From assembly GCF_009914755.1 (NCBI RefSeq), contig NC_060941.1: a stretch of DNA of 64,000 nucleotides; one strand, 5' to 3'. Below, one piece after another: positions 48,020-64,000 of this stretch. The position numbers and the translations under genes are program-made. Position 1 is the first letter of the stretch, and each line of letters starts with the position of its first letter. The notes under the pieces are model-generated. The model was not told the origin of the DNA. It searched no databases and saw nothing but the letters and a program-made list of their open reading frames with translations. The stretch comes from the human T2T-CHM13v2.0 reference genome, Homo sapiens.

Positions 48020-48249
48020 AACTACACATGTTCAAGACTCTTCTCTAAGAACTGCCCAAATCCCAGTTTGGATACACATGCTATGGGCGTGACTACTTGG
48101 CTACTGCTACTGGACCTGCCAAGAGTTGTATAGAACAGGACTTGGGGTGGTCCTCTTCCACGATGAGTGGCCACTTCTGCCAAATGGCTGCTGAAGAAGA
48201 AAAGGCAAGACTGCGGAGAGAAAGATGCATGAAGAGAACCCAGAGAAAG

Positions 48250-48470
48250 ATCGCGCCCGTGATCCTAGAACTTTGGGAGGCCAAGGTAGGTGTCTTGAGC
48301 CCAGGAGCTCGAGACCAGCCTGGGCAATATAGTGAGACCCCTGTCTCTATTTTAAAAAGTGGAAAAGACAGAAAGAAAAAAAGGCAGAAAGACAGAAAGA
48401 AGGACAGACAAAGACAGAAAGACAGAAAAGGAAAAGGAAAAGGAAAAGGGAAGGGAAGGGAAGGAAAAGA
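48250..48470 (+). mobile_element. FLAM-type monomer with GA-rich (GACA/GAAA/GGAAA) tail, probably within an old MLT1 fragment
   Basis: Left-monomer sequence followed by a purine-rich tail. Confidence 0.7.
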
Positions 48471-48858
48471 AGTAGCATCAGACATCACCAGGTCCCACAG
48501 TTAGGACAATCAATCTTGGCACCTGATTTTCCCATCCTTACGCCTGCATTCCTGTGAGATGCCCCCATATCCCTCTAATAAATGCCCTTTTTTCATAAGT
48601 TAGTATGAGCGGGTTTCTAGTCCTATAACAAGACACTCCCTGCCCAAGGACATCCATCAAAGCACACTGCCCTGTAAATGGCAAACACAGGCCCAGAGGC
48701 CATTAGACTGACATCTGGAAAATTCTTCGGTGACCATGTTGAACTGTAGCTTTTTAACAGGCTCCAAGCAGTGCTTCCATAATCTCTCCATGGAAAATCA
48801 TACCACACAACTGCTTCGAAACTTCTCCCATAAATGGCATTTTTCCGCTTATGCATCA

Positions 48859-49358
<500 letters not shown>

Positions 49359-49734
49359 TCAGCAATAATCTCTCAGGTGTGGCCACAAAGCCACTTGTAA
49401 ACTTGCTGGATTCCCAAGGAAGAGGATGGCCATTTAGCCCCACGGCTCCTTCAGGCACACAGAAAAAGTCCTTATCATGAACCAGCACTGTAAAACATGT
49501 ATAGAAATTCTGGGCAAAAAAAGCTATTCTCAAACGTCAAAAATGGCATTCAGGATAGAGAAGATCACACAAAATGAAGCAGAACTAGGCAGCATCTTAT
49601 AGTTGAAGGAAATAAGGAAATAAGATTCCTTGGGAAATTGCAGGAGGTTTAAAAACCTCCCTGCAAAGAGGACTGAAAACTTCATCCATGCAGAGGAATG
49701 GTAAGATGCTAGGAACAGGGGCAGCCTTAAAGGA

Positions 49735-50065
49735 GCGCTTCTCAAACGTCAGAGCGCATCAGAATCACTTGAAGGACTGGTTAAAACAGATTGCAGCTGT
49801 TAGGCACTGACTAAGACTTGGTCTGTTTCATAGACTTGGTCTGTTTCATACTGAGATGGTCAGTTTCAAGCCAGTCCTATGATGCTGTGTGATATAAGCA
49901 TCACAGTCCTCTGGAGGCAGCATTAAAATGCAAATTTCTGGGTCTCACCCCTAGAGTTTCTGATTTAGTAGGTCTGGGGTAGGGCCTGAGAAATTGCACA
50001 TCTAACAAGTTCCCAGGTAACGCTGATGCTGCTGGTCTGGGGACCACACTTCGAGAAACACTGGT
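49735..50065. mobile_element. MER5A split by a ~130-bp internal segment
   Basis: CTTCTCAAAC...GCATCAGAATCAC at left; GGTCTGGGG...TCTAACAAGTTCCCAGGT...GGACCACAC...GAGAAACACTG at right. Confidence 0.7.
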
Positions 50066-51834
50066 CTAGAAGGCAACAAAGGGCAGGGTTTTCTCTGCAC
50101 CAGGTGCTACCTTTATCCAGGTGTTGGAGGTAGGACCCTTTAAAAGAAAGGCATAAGAATCAAAACAACCCACCAATTACTCTTGACTTGAAAGCACCCT
50201 CTGCCTGCACCATTTCCTCCAAACGGGTGGTAATGATGAAAACTACAGAAATGACATCAGGTTGGTCAGAGAGATCTAGGAAAAGAAGAGTGAACGCAAC
50301 AGGGCAGATTCACTGAGAGTCATGAAATCAGCCAGGTTCCCAGATACTCAGGTCGTCATGAAAGTTCCTTGAGATTTTCATCTCTGTCTCTAAATTCTGC
50401 TAGTGAAGAAAGTTCTGCGTTTGCACACCTTGTTATAAGAATCTACTCTTCATACGAAAGAGTGGAGCCAGCTAGGTGGGATCGCAGCATTCAAAAATCA
50501 CCATGTGCCCCTGGCCCTTTCTGTTCTTCCGCTTCCCAAGGCTTTGCGTCTGCTCTGTCTTCTCCGTACCTTTCTGCAGTGGCACCCATCTACCCAATCA
50601 GCACATACCATTTGTATATACCAGGAGCAGAAAGCAAGCGAAGTCTTGGTCTGAGACAAGGAGTCATCATCTCCTTGCCTTCCAGCCTGGCACACTCCTT
50701 CTCCAGTGGCAGAGAGCACACGGGCTGGGCATTGTTGGATGCTCCTTGTATCATATAAAAACAAACAAACAAACAAAGCCCTGGGCCTTTTCAGGCTCAG
50801 GTTCACGTTCACACAGCTTGGCCCTGGAACAAACCCCTGATGGCCAGAACATAAGACCACTTGTTTAACGTAGCAACACCCCAAAATACAACTAGAAGAT
50901 TCGAGCAGGAAAGAGGGAAGAGGACACGAATAAAAACAGAAATCTGAGAAAGATCAAGAGAAACAGAGGAGCAAGAGGGTTATGCTAGGGAATGGGAAGC
51001 AAAAGAAAGTCTTGGTGCTAAGCTCCAGCCCTCTCCTCTATTTCAGAGAAATTATTTTTATCCTACTTATAAACGTAATACAGGTCCAGGGAAGAAACAC
51101 TGGAAAACAGAAAAGTAAAAAGAGGAAATAAAACCCTCCCTAATCCCATGCCTTGGAAAGAAGCACTGTGAACAAGCACCTTCTCCCCAACTTGATGAGG
51201 TGTCGTCTCACTGCCGGGAGACACCCAGCCAGCAGGAATCGGGGAAAAAAGGGAAGTGGAGGCAGGAGCTGAGCGCTCCCCTGCAGCGGCCATCAGGGTT
51301 GTCTCTCAGGGGAAATACAGAGCCTGAAAGGTTTTAAAAACTAGCCCAACTCTCTCTTTTAGAGATGGGGGAATTGCAATTTCAGGATTCTGGAAATGCA
51401 AGGAAGAGCTTAACATAACCAGGAAACAGCACAGCTGCAGGCAAGACCTTCAGCCAAGTCCTCTCTGGTATGGTTCAGAGCAGCCAAGAGAAGGATCAAA
51501 AGTATTTGGAAATTAATTGTTTTTTAAGTCCCTCTTTTCTGCAGCTTGTACCAAAAAACAAAAACACATAATTTTAAAAAAATCCATCTCTCTTGGAACT
51601 GCCACCAAGACAGCTCTTCTAAGCAAGAGCCTGCACCCCACATTCACCGATGGCCTGGCAAGGCAATGGGAAAACAAGCCACCCTTCCTGCTGCTCATGC
51701 CACCTGAACCTCATGCCGGGTATTGAAATGTAGGGGACAGATTGCAACCTGTTTACAGCATCCTAGCGGACACGATACCACTGCTTAGCTATCAGTGCTC
51801 AAAGATAACCACTAGTGTGGGGCGGGGGAAGTGT

Positions 51835-52855
51835 GTCAGTTTCCAGGGGGCTGCTATAACAAAATGCCACATTACTGGGTGGCTTAAAGAACAGAAACGT
51901 ATTGTTACAGTTCTGGAAGCCAGAAATCTGAAATCAAGATACTGGCAGGGTTGGCTCCTTCCAAGAATCTGTCCCAGGCCTCTCTCCTAGCTTGTGGTGG
52001 CCTTGGGCATTCCTTGGCTCGTAGATGGCTTTCTCCCTGTGCCTTCGCAGCGTCTTCCCTCCATGAGTGTCTGTCTCTGAGTCCACATTTCCTCCTTGTG
52101 ATGAGGACCCCAACATATTGGATATAGGTCCACTATACTCCAGGAAGACCACATCTTTTTATTTTTTTAATTATACTTTAAGTTCTAGGGTACATGTGCA
52201 CAACATGCAGGTTTGTTACATATGTATACATGTGCCATGTTGGTGTGCTGCACCCATTAACTCATCGTTTACATTAGGTATATCTCCTAATGCTATCCCT
52301 CCCCCGTCCCCCCATCCCACAACAGGCCCGGGTGTGTGATGTTCCCCTCCCTGTGTCCAAGTGTTCTCATTGTTCAATTCCCACCTATGAGTGAGAACAT
52401 GCAGTGTTTGGTTTTCTGTCCTTGCGATAGTTTGCTGAGAATGATGGTTTCCAGCTTCATCCATGTCCCTACAAAGGACATGACCTCATCCTTTTTTATG
52501 GCTGCATAGTATTCCATGGTGTATATGTGCCACATTTTCTTAATCCAGTCTATCATTGTTAGACATTTGGCTTGGTTCCAAGTCTTTGCTATTGTGAATA
52601 GCGCCACAATAAACATACGTGTGCATGTGTCTTTATAGCAGCATGATTCATAATTCTTTGGGTATATACCCAGCAATAGGATGGCTGGGTCAAATGGTAT
52701 TTCTAGTTCTAGATCCTTGAGGAATTGCCACACTGGAAGACCACATCTTAACTTGATCATTTGCAAAGATCTTATTTCCAAATAAGATCACATTCCCAGG
52801 CACTGGCGAATTAGAACTTGGACATCTTTTGTGGGACACAACTCAACCCGTAACA
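51835..52855 (-). mobile_element. MLT1 (A-C-like) MaLR LTR interrupted by an L1PA 3' end
   Basis: GCTGCTATAACAAAATGCCAC...TGGCTTAAA...CAGTTCTGGAAGCCAGAA; resumes at 52750 with TTTGCAAAGATCTTATTTCCAAATAAGATCACATTC. Confidence 0.8.
52158..52734 (-). mobile_element. 5'-truncated L1PA (roughly L1PA4-5) 3' end
   Basis: 15-bp TSD GGAAGACCACATCTT (52143-52157 / 52735-52749); ORF2 C-terminus. Confidence 0.93.
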
Positions 52856-54475
52856 TGAAGCAGAAGGCTGGGGCTGGCTGGGGGTGATAGGAGGCTTGGA
52901 TAGAGGTCCACCTAACACCTGGAAGTTGATCTGGGGATGAGAAAGTCTGGACAAATGAGAAACAGAGGAGCCTGGGGGTTCCGCAGCAGAGACCGCAGGT
53001 GTCTGGCATGGCCCAGAGGGGCAGTAAAGAAAGCACAGGATAGCCATACTCCAACCACAGCACAAGTCCATGCAGGTGTTCACCCAAAGCCCATGAGTAC
53101 AGTAATATTGATTATGAAAACAGTGACATTGTCTGTACCAGTTGGAAAACTGCTTTTGCTCCGACCTTCCCACTCCATATGTCACCAGCCACCAAGGCCC
53201 CCCATGGGGTCCCCACAATCTGGCCAAGCTTTCAGAGTGGGAGCAGGACCCTATCCCAACATATTACTCCAATAGTTCATCCCTCTGGCAGACCACTCAA
53301 TAAATGGCTTGGCTTTCGACTGACCTCACAGAAGCGACTCTTTTGGGGCTGAGGGTATCTTTGGGCACGCAGATAGGCATTAACCACAGCTGGCAAGAGG
53401 GCAGAAGCTTCATGCCACAGAAATATCCAGGGTGCCTGCTACCTGCACAGCACGGCGCATCATCTGTCCAAGGATGACAAGACCCTCATGCCATCTCAGT
53501 GCCCCTTCTGCTCCCCTTCTGCGCCACTGGGCACAGTGCTCACAGGGAGTGGGCAGGTAGTAAACAACAGCATCCTGCATGACTAACTTCTCACCCCATT
53601 TTCCTCCTCCTACACCTCTTGGATGAGTGCTACCTACTTTGGAATCCAACTCAGAATGAAGTAACAAAAAAGCTATTACCCCACTCCAAGGTCTTCCTCC
53701 AACAATAACAATCTCATCGATGGGACCTCATGCCAGCTTTGCATAGGGAGGCACCGTCTCAAACACTGGTGGGTGATGAGCTCGTAGGAGTGGCAACTCA
53801 CAGCCTCGTAGGGTGTTTAGAGGTGGAAAGGACTTTCAGCACAATACTCAGGCAGGAAAGGAAATGAACTCCAACCCAAAGGAAAGTCTCATTTTAACAA
53901 TCTCATATCCACTTCAGGAAGCATTCTGTCTTTGCAAACAAGAAGCCATTCGCATTGTGTTCGCCCACACCACCCCCGCAAGAAGCCATCCAAGTGGTTA
54001 ATTAGAGCCCAGCACAGGGAAGGTATTTAGCAAATACTTGTTACTTGATAATCAATTCACATGGTCCTTGCCCACTCACTTATTAGAATATAACCTACAG
54101 ATCATTTCAATGCATACTAGGAGTTTCACTGACTCGCTGGGACCTAACCCTTTAAAAGCTCACTCTGGTTATGTCCATCCAGACAGATCCTCCCTGTAGC
54201 CCAAAACTTCCCGCCGCACCACAGGTTCCCATTCCCACACCCCACCCCACAGGCTCCACACAAGCCCCAGAATGGCAGAGCTTCCTGCGCTAATGTTGGA
54301 CACACATAAAAGCCCCAGAAAAAAAGGCAGAGTAGGATGGGTTTTAAGATCCCTCTCGAAACTGGTGCTTCATACCTGTTGACTAATAAGTCTGCTCGCC
54401 CTAGATTTTTTATTCTCTTGCTTGGTCCCCTTCATAATCTCTCATTTCCAACTTCATTCATAAAATGTCTTCCTA

Positions 54476-55187
<712 letters not shown>

Positions 55188-55929
55188 CTAAACACGGAAA
55201 ACACATGCATGAAGCCCAGTTGAGTATTAAAAAAAATGGCAGGTAGTGGTAACCTTCTCAGCCCCAACCAGCTGTGTTCATGCAGGAAGGTGGGGCTGGT
55301 GGGGCCACACCTCACGATTTTCTGAAAGAAGATAGATATCCAGATGTTTACGAAAAAAACTCCCAATTTTTCAATGTTGAAAACTAACAACATTTTTAAG
55401 CACTGTGTTCACAGAATGGAAGCTTCTGTTGACAGTCTCTAGTCTAATGACAATCCAGCAAGTGACATCTACCCTCCCTGTGTCTTTGCAAGACAGCTCT
55501 CCTGGATTCCAGAGGTCCTGACCTTGCCTGCCTGCCACCTCCCTGCCATCCCCAAAACATTATAATGCCATTTCCCTAGGAGTCCAGTAATCACAGACCA
55601 GCACTTTTCAAAAAGAGTTCAAATCAAGCAAAAGTCATTCCTGATAGGTACACAATGCACAGTGGACCTGTACTTCCTTTGGCCTGTAATTAACGAGTAC
55701 TGGTTGATCTAATGACTGGTAGAGATCCTGCTATGGGATTAGTGCCTGGACTCCACTAAGCCACTGGGCTCTGCCATGTAATGAATGGTAAAGAGACAAG
55801 TGACTACAGGCCAGCACACTCATCCTAACCAAAGTAGAGGCAAATTAGGATGCCCCAGTCTAAAGATCTCCATAGAAGAGAAAAATGAAAGAAGAAACTT
55901 TACAACTCCTCCAAACCTCCAAGGCCTGA

Positions 55930-56354
<425 letters not shown>

Positions 56355-57068
56355 GCCCCAAATTCTTTGACTTAGCCTCAGCTAAGTTGAAAGCAGAGTG
56401 CATGCGTATTTTTTTTTAATAGCAAAAATGCTGAGATCCAAACAATTTTTGAGCTATTGACCTTAAAGCTTTGAAATTATAAGACCTGCCATTACATCCT
56501 CTTATACAGACAGGAATAAAGGCTGGAAAATATACACAAGTCAGCCACGCTGATGACACTTAAGAATATAAACACTGGCCAGGTGAAGGGCCTTTCTTGG
56601 CAGTTTTATACTCATTCTAAGTCTTGTCACCATAAAATTGAGTTGTTTGTCTTCAATAGCTCCACCATGAGATTCTACAATTGTTTATGATTATATAACC
56701 TTTAACCTTGGGGCTACGATACATGTTTACCTATTTAAAGAAGTTGTGTTTTCTCATTAAATTTCTATAAGAGGAAATTGGATTTAAATTTGTTCTTCAA
56801 CTTAATCATATTTGACTATGCCTCCACCATTTTATTATTACACAGTGTCCTTGCAAATAAAAATAGGTGGTGACTGTTAGAAAACTTTGAAAAATATAAA
56901 GTTGACATTTTTTCTCTTTCCAAATAGATTCTGAAGGTCTGTGATAGAATCTGCGTATTGTTTTGTTTTTTAAACAAACTCAATTTCCGAGGTATTTCTG
57001 ACACCCACCAAAGTTTGGCAATCAGACAGAAAGACTCCCTAACCAAGACGTCTAAAGAATGGTTTCTA

Positions 57069-57376
57069 GGCCGGGCACGGTGGCTCATGCCTGTATTCCC
57101 AGCACTTTGAGAGGGTGAGGCTGGTGGATCACCTGAGGTCAGGAGTTTGAGACCAGTCTGGCCAACATGGTGAAATCCCATCTCTACTAAAAATACAAAA
57201 TTAGCCAGGCGTGGTGGTGGGCACCTGTAATCCCAGCTACTCGGGAGGCTGAGGCAGGAGAAATCCCTTAGAACCCGGGAGGCAGAGGTTGCAGTGAGCT
57301 GAGATCGCACCACTGCACTCCAGCCTGGGAGACACAGCAAGATTCTGTCTCAAAAAAAAAAAAAAAAAAAAAAAAA
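57069..57376 (+). mobile_element. AluSx-like
   Basis: Alu dimer; degenerate TSD AAAGAA(TG/CA)GTTTCTA. Confidence 0.9.
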
Positions 57377-57434
57377 GAACAGTTTCTAAAGGATGCCAAG
57401 AAAGTCATAAACGCCCACCATGCCCACACAAGCC

Positions 57435-58000
57435 TGTTTTTAATGACACTTTTATTGCAATATAATTCACATATCATTATATTCTCCCTCTAAAAGCATA
57501 TAATATAATGGTTTTTGGTGTAGTTGCAGAGTTGTATAACCTGCACCACTACCTAATTTTAAAACATTTTTATTGTCTCAAAAAGAAACCCTGTACCCAT
57601 CAGCAGTCACTCGCCATTAATTCCAGCTCCCCCCCGCAACCACCAGGGTGGTTTTCTGTGGATTTCTCTATTCTAGGCGTTTCATATAAACAGAATCATA
57701 TGGCACACGGCTTTTTGTGTCTAGCTTCTTTGACTTACTGTGATGTTTTCAAGGTTCATCCACGTTGTAGCATGTATCAGCCAGCACCTTCATTCCTTTT
57801 TATGGCTGAATAATATACCATTGTATGGCTAAAACCACATTTTGTTTATCCATTCATCAGTTGATGGGCATTTTGGTTGCTGCTGGCCATAATAAATAAT
57901 GCTCCTCTGAACTGAGCATGCATGCACACTTTTTGTGTGGACGTGTGTTTCTAATTTTCTTGGGTATACAGCTAGGAGTGGAATATTCTGGGTCACTGAA
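57435..58000 (-). mobile_element. L1MB-type 3' fragment
   Basis: TTTTATTGCAATATAATTCACATA...GTTTATCCATTCATCAGTTGATGGGCAT. Confidence 0.8.
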
Positions 58001-58493
58001 TATTCTAGAAGATTTCTGGATCCTATTCTACACATTTGTTTTTGTTCCACTTCCATATCTGAACCACATGCTGCTAATCACTGACTCCAGCTAACAGACA
58101 GTGAGGAACGCTCTCACACTGTTTACCAGTAAACAGTCTTGCAAAGTAACTCAACTTCCTAGAATAGAGCAAACAACAAAATCTGTCTCTTTTGTCTTTT
58201 TACTTGTGTGGGTCTTCAACTTCATACTAGCAGTGTGACTGACTTTAAGCCACTTGGCATTTGCCACAAATGGGAGATTATTGGCCTTAAACACTGGTGA
58301 AAAATGAGGGGTGTGTTATGCACGTAAGTATTACCTAAACATTACATGTTAGAACGGATATCCTGGAAGAGAAAACAAAACCCACACCAAAGCGGATTAA
58401 TAGGAAGCTTTAAGCTCTAACAGCCTTCCACTAAGAATCCATTAAAGAAAAATAATAAAGCCAAAATTAGGCTTTATATAAATTAGGCTGGCG

Positions 58494-58498
58494 CTCTC

Positions 58499-58530
<32 letters not shown>

Positions 58531-58542
58531 GCACACGCACGC
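58494..58542. repeat. (CT)n(CA/CG)n compound microsatellite
   Basis: Read directly. Confidence 0.9.
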
Positions 58543-58764
58543 AACCCTAATTTAATCAACCAAATGTACCACATGCACATCTTTTTAGTCTCACATTTGC
58601 TCAACACAGATGGACAGAAAAAAATAGATGTATGTTTTTGGGTACAGAACCTTCTCAGAGGAACTTTTATTAACACGGAATTATCAGGGCCATTCATTCT
58701 ATTTGGGGAGTTAGAAAAGGATCCAATTATTTGTAACAAAGAAAAGTTAAAAGTGTTCTACTGG

Positions 58765-59067
<303 letters not shown>

Positions 59068-59283
59068 CTACTGGAAAACTTATCCAGAAACTCACATTAG
59101 TTCCTGGCATAATAAAGTTAAATGGGAATCCACTCATTTAAAGAAAAATTAAAGCAAGAAATCAAGAAAATTACTATTTGGCAAAGGAATCCAAAAGCTC
59201 ACATCCTGGTTTAGTCCTCCAAGCTTCGCTCACAAACATAACACATTTATAGATATAGATCTATAAATCTATAGAGCTTAAAA

Positions 59284-59558
59284 GCCTGAGTGTGGTACTC
59301 ATGCCTGTAATCCCAACATTTTGGGAGGCCAAGATAGGAGGATTGCTTGAGCCCGGAGTTCAAGACCAGCCTGGGCAATATAGCAAGACCCCTTCTCAAA
59401 AAAAAAAAAAAAAAACCAAACAAAAAATAAAACACTTTTTTTTTTCCAGTAGCCTGGTGTGGTGACATATGCCCATGGTCCCAGCTACTTGGAAGGCTAA
59501 GGTGGAAGGATTACTTGAGCCCAGGAAGTCAACTAAAAAAATAAAATAAAATAAAAAA
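59284..59558 (+). mobile_element. AluJ with truncated right arm
   Basis: Diverged Alu with long middle A region. Confidence 0.75.
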
Positions 59559-59794
59559 GCTTAAAAACAATTTTCAACTCTCCTGGACTTGGGTTCATGC
59601 TTTAAAAAGATGCATAGGTTTCCCTTAAAAAATTGTTATTTCAGATTATTTTTCTTTATCTACTAATCCACAAACTCAGTTATTCTCATTCCAACTTAAG
59701 TCACTGCCACCCATGCCCATTCCTCCAAATACTGAGGCAAAAAAGAAAAGATTAGAAGACTGGGCAGTCTGGTCACAGCTTGGCTTATAAATGA

Positions 59795-60178
<384 letters not shown>

Positions 60179-60195
60179 GATTCTATTTCTTAAAC

Positions 60196-60746
60196 CAGGT
60201 ATTGTCAAACTTTTTCTGTTAAGGGTCAGAGAGTAAATATTTTCACTTTGTGAGCCACGTGGTCTCTGCTGCAACTACAGATACCCTCAACTTATGACAG
60301 GGCTATATACTGAGAAACCCATTGTAACTTGCAAATATTGTATGTCAAAAATGCATGTATTACACCTAAACTACTGAATACTATAGCTTCGCCTCACCTA
60401 CCTTAGACGTGCCCAGAACACTTCCGTTAGCCTACAGTTGGGCAAAATCATCTATCATAAAGCCTATTTTGTAGTGAAGTGTTATACATCTCTTGTAATT
60501 TATTGAATACTGAACTAAAGTACAGTTTCTAGTGAATGAGTATCACTTTTACACCAAGTCAGATCGTTAAGTCCAACCATTTTAAGTTGGAGACAGCTTG
60601 TACTCAGCTCTACAATCTCCGTGCAAAACCAGCCATAGACAATATGTAAACAAAAGGGCATGGCTGTGTTCCAATAAAGAAAGCTTCATTTACAAAAACA
60701 GCTGTGAGTTGAATTTGGCCCATAGGCCACAGTTTGCCAACCCCTG
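60196..60746. mobile_element. MER58A containing a nested Tigger4 (60278-60600)
   Basis: MER58A ends CAGG...AAACTTTTTCTG and TTTGCCAACCCCTG; Tigger4 core TAGCCTACAGTTGGGCAAAATCATCTA; TA duplicated at 60276-77 / 60601-02. Confidence 0.8.
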
Positions 60747-61420
60747 AGTTAGAGGATTTAGAAGTTTCCTCCTAGGATGATTATGAAGCAAAATCACTAG
60801 CCTCTGCAACCCACTTTTATGAAAGATCAAGTTATCAAGGTCTGAGGGTGGAAACAGATGTTCACCACAGCACTCAGTTCTAGGAGAGTCTCTGCCTAGG
60901 GACACAGGCACTGGACTCTTCATAGTTCCATCAACAGCCACCTTCTGTTTTGCTTGGTACCTCACTCATGCTCTGCTGACCACTGCCTTGGGCTTGGATG
61001 AAGCATCACTCTGCATGGTGGAATCTGGCTTTCTGAGAGCTTGGTAGGAGTCAGATGGTACAAACCAAATGTGTAGGGAAATAGCTGTGCAAGGGGAGGG
61101 GCTTGGCCAGTGTGAAATAGGAGACAAGACAGAGGTGAGTAGATAAAACATCTCTGCTTTCCTGCAGACTACTCCAGGCTACGGCTCCTCCTTGCAGCCC
61201 TTCCAGAAGTGAACATATCCACTAAGTGACCGGCTGGGACTCTGCATTTCACTGTCAAACACCAGCCAGCATCACTTGGCATTGTTCTTTGGCTTTCCTT
61301 CCCTTGCATACCTACCCTCACCACTTTGTACTGATACCTCCTAAATAAGGTGTTAACACTCAATCCTTGCATCAGGCTCTGCTTTATAGTGGGGGAGAAA
61401 GGGTTAAGATACCATCTCAA

Positions 61421-61720
61421 GGCCGGGTGCGGTGGCTCATGCCTGTAATCCCAGCACTTTGGGAGGCCGAGGCGGGTGGATCACCTGAGGTCGGAAGTTC
61501 GAGACCAGCCTGACCAACATGGAGAAACCCCGTCTCTACTAAAAATACAAAATTAGCCAGGCGTGGTGGCACATGCCTGTGGTCCCAGCTACTAGGGAGG
61601 CTGAGGCAGGAGAATCGCTTGAACCTGGGAGGTGGAGGTTGTGTGGGCCGAGATTGCACCATTGCACTCCAGCTTGGGCAACAAGAGTGAAACTCCATCT
61701 CAAAAAAAAAAAAAACAAAA
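61421..61720 (+). mobile_element. AluSp-like
   Basis: ATGGAGAAACC diagnostic; TSD AAGATACCATCTCAA. Confidence 0.9.
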
Positions 61721-61978
61721 GATACCATCTCAAATGGTACTCTTTGTTTAAAAAAAAAGAATGGCACAGATAAAACTACTGGATTTAGAGTATAAAAAGA
61801 TTAATAAATAAGAAGTAAAATCTTGACTAATACATTAAACTAAACTAATCTTGGCCATCTATCTATACTGGCTTCAAATATCCCTAATGTCCAAATGGTA
61901 AAATGTATCCTAAACATATCTAAAAGGTCAGCATCTCTCCAAAAAGAGGGCCTGAATACCTATGACTATATTAAGTGA

Positions 61979-62365
<387 letters not shown>

Positions 62366-62395
62366 TAATTATTTGTTGTATAAATAAGAGGTCCC

Positions 62396-63068
<673 letters not shown>

Positions 63069-64000
63069 GTCTCCTTAACACTAGCTGAGGTCCCTGGATG
63101 GGGTAGGCTATTGATAATAGCTCACTATCCCAAACCGTTAGCAACACAGGCAACTTTTGGTGGGAATGGAGAGCTTCCCTGGACAGCACAAGACAAGCAA
63201 TTTCCTGATACCAAAACCCTGGGAGTTCCTGGGGCTGAACTGAAGGCCACTCTGCATGATGAAATTTCCAGAGAGCCACAAGAAAGATGGGGACTTCCCA
63301 AAGTCCACGGAGCATGCTCTGATGGCATTGGCAAGTTTATATGAAAGCAACGGCATTACTGCATTAACCACTGAAACTTCCTGTTAGCCATCTGGCCCAA
63401 CGCCGTTTACTAAATAATCCATGCTTTCCCCAGTGATTTAAAACAACACTCTTATCATAAACCTGATCTATATTTCAGTCTGTCCCTGACTACCCCTCCC
63501 TATCTATTCTCCCTTGCCTTTGATGACATTACCTTCTCCTGGATTCCTTGTATCTCTGACAATTCCTTCAAGGTCTCCTTGGCTGCTGCCTTACACCTGT
63601 GCTGCAAGGCCCCGGGTGATCTTCTACATCCTCATCACTTCACCTCTCTGCTGATGAAACACAAATCCTGGGCCACCCTCTGTGGCTGGGCAGGTTGGTC
63701 ACTGCGCAACAGTGGCCAGGCCATGTACCCACATGGCTCACCAAGTTCCCATCTCTAGCTCAGAAGTCCTCTAAGTCACACCGTAGCCATCCAAATGCCA
63801 GCCATCTCTCCCAGAACGCACCCCAGGGAACCACACACTCAGCATGGACTCATTTTTCTTTCTTCCTAACCTGTTCCTCCCTTGAATACCCTATACTCAC
63901 TGTATGGTCCCATCACACAAGGCAGAAAACCCGGAGGAATCCAGGCACTTCCAATCCCTGACCTGCCACAGCCACATCCTGTCTGACAGATTCTACCTCC

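Overview
Human (primate) genomic DNA from inside the GAS7 gene (growth arrest-specific 7, an SH3/WW/F-BAR protein, chromosome 17p13). GAS7 is transcribed on the minus strand. Three small coding exons can be placed exactly from their GT-AG boundaries and recognisable GAS7 peptide: 31542-31622 (81 nt), 19414-19499 (86 nt) and 8932-8985 (54 nt). The short isoform (MSNMENSFDD...) starts at an ATG at 9036 that extends the 54-nt exon upstream. The rest is intron, dense in Alu (about 35 copies, including a human-specific AluYa5), L1, MIR/L2, MER DNA transposons and MaLR/ERVL LTRs. The most unexplained structure is a 68-bp, 67/68-identical inverted repeat (3923-3990 / 5685-5752) in sequence I do not recognise as any repeat. 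It has diverged, partly G-U-compatible flanking patches and is a candidate long-range intronic RNA duplex or inversion substrate. Other notable items: a twin-primed 5'-inverted L1PA that creates a 492-aa chimeric RT ORF, a triplicated target site from an L1 landing in an Alu TSD, and a ~310-bp alternating purine-pyrimidine tract that replaced an Alu poly(A) tail. Gene identity and repeat subfamily names come from recalled sequences, not database searches.
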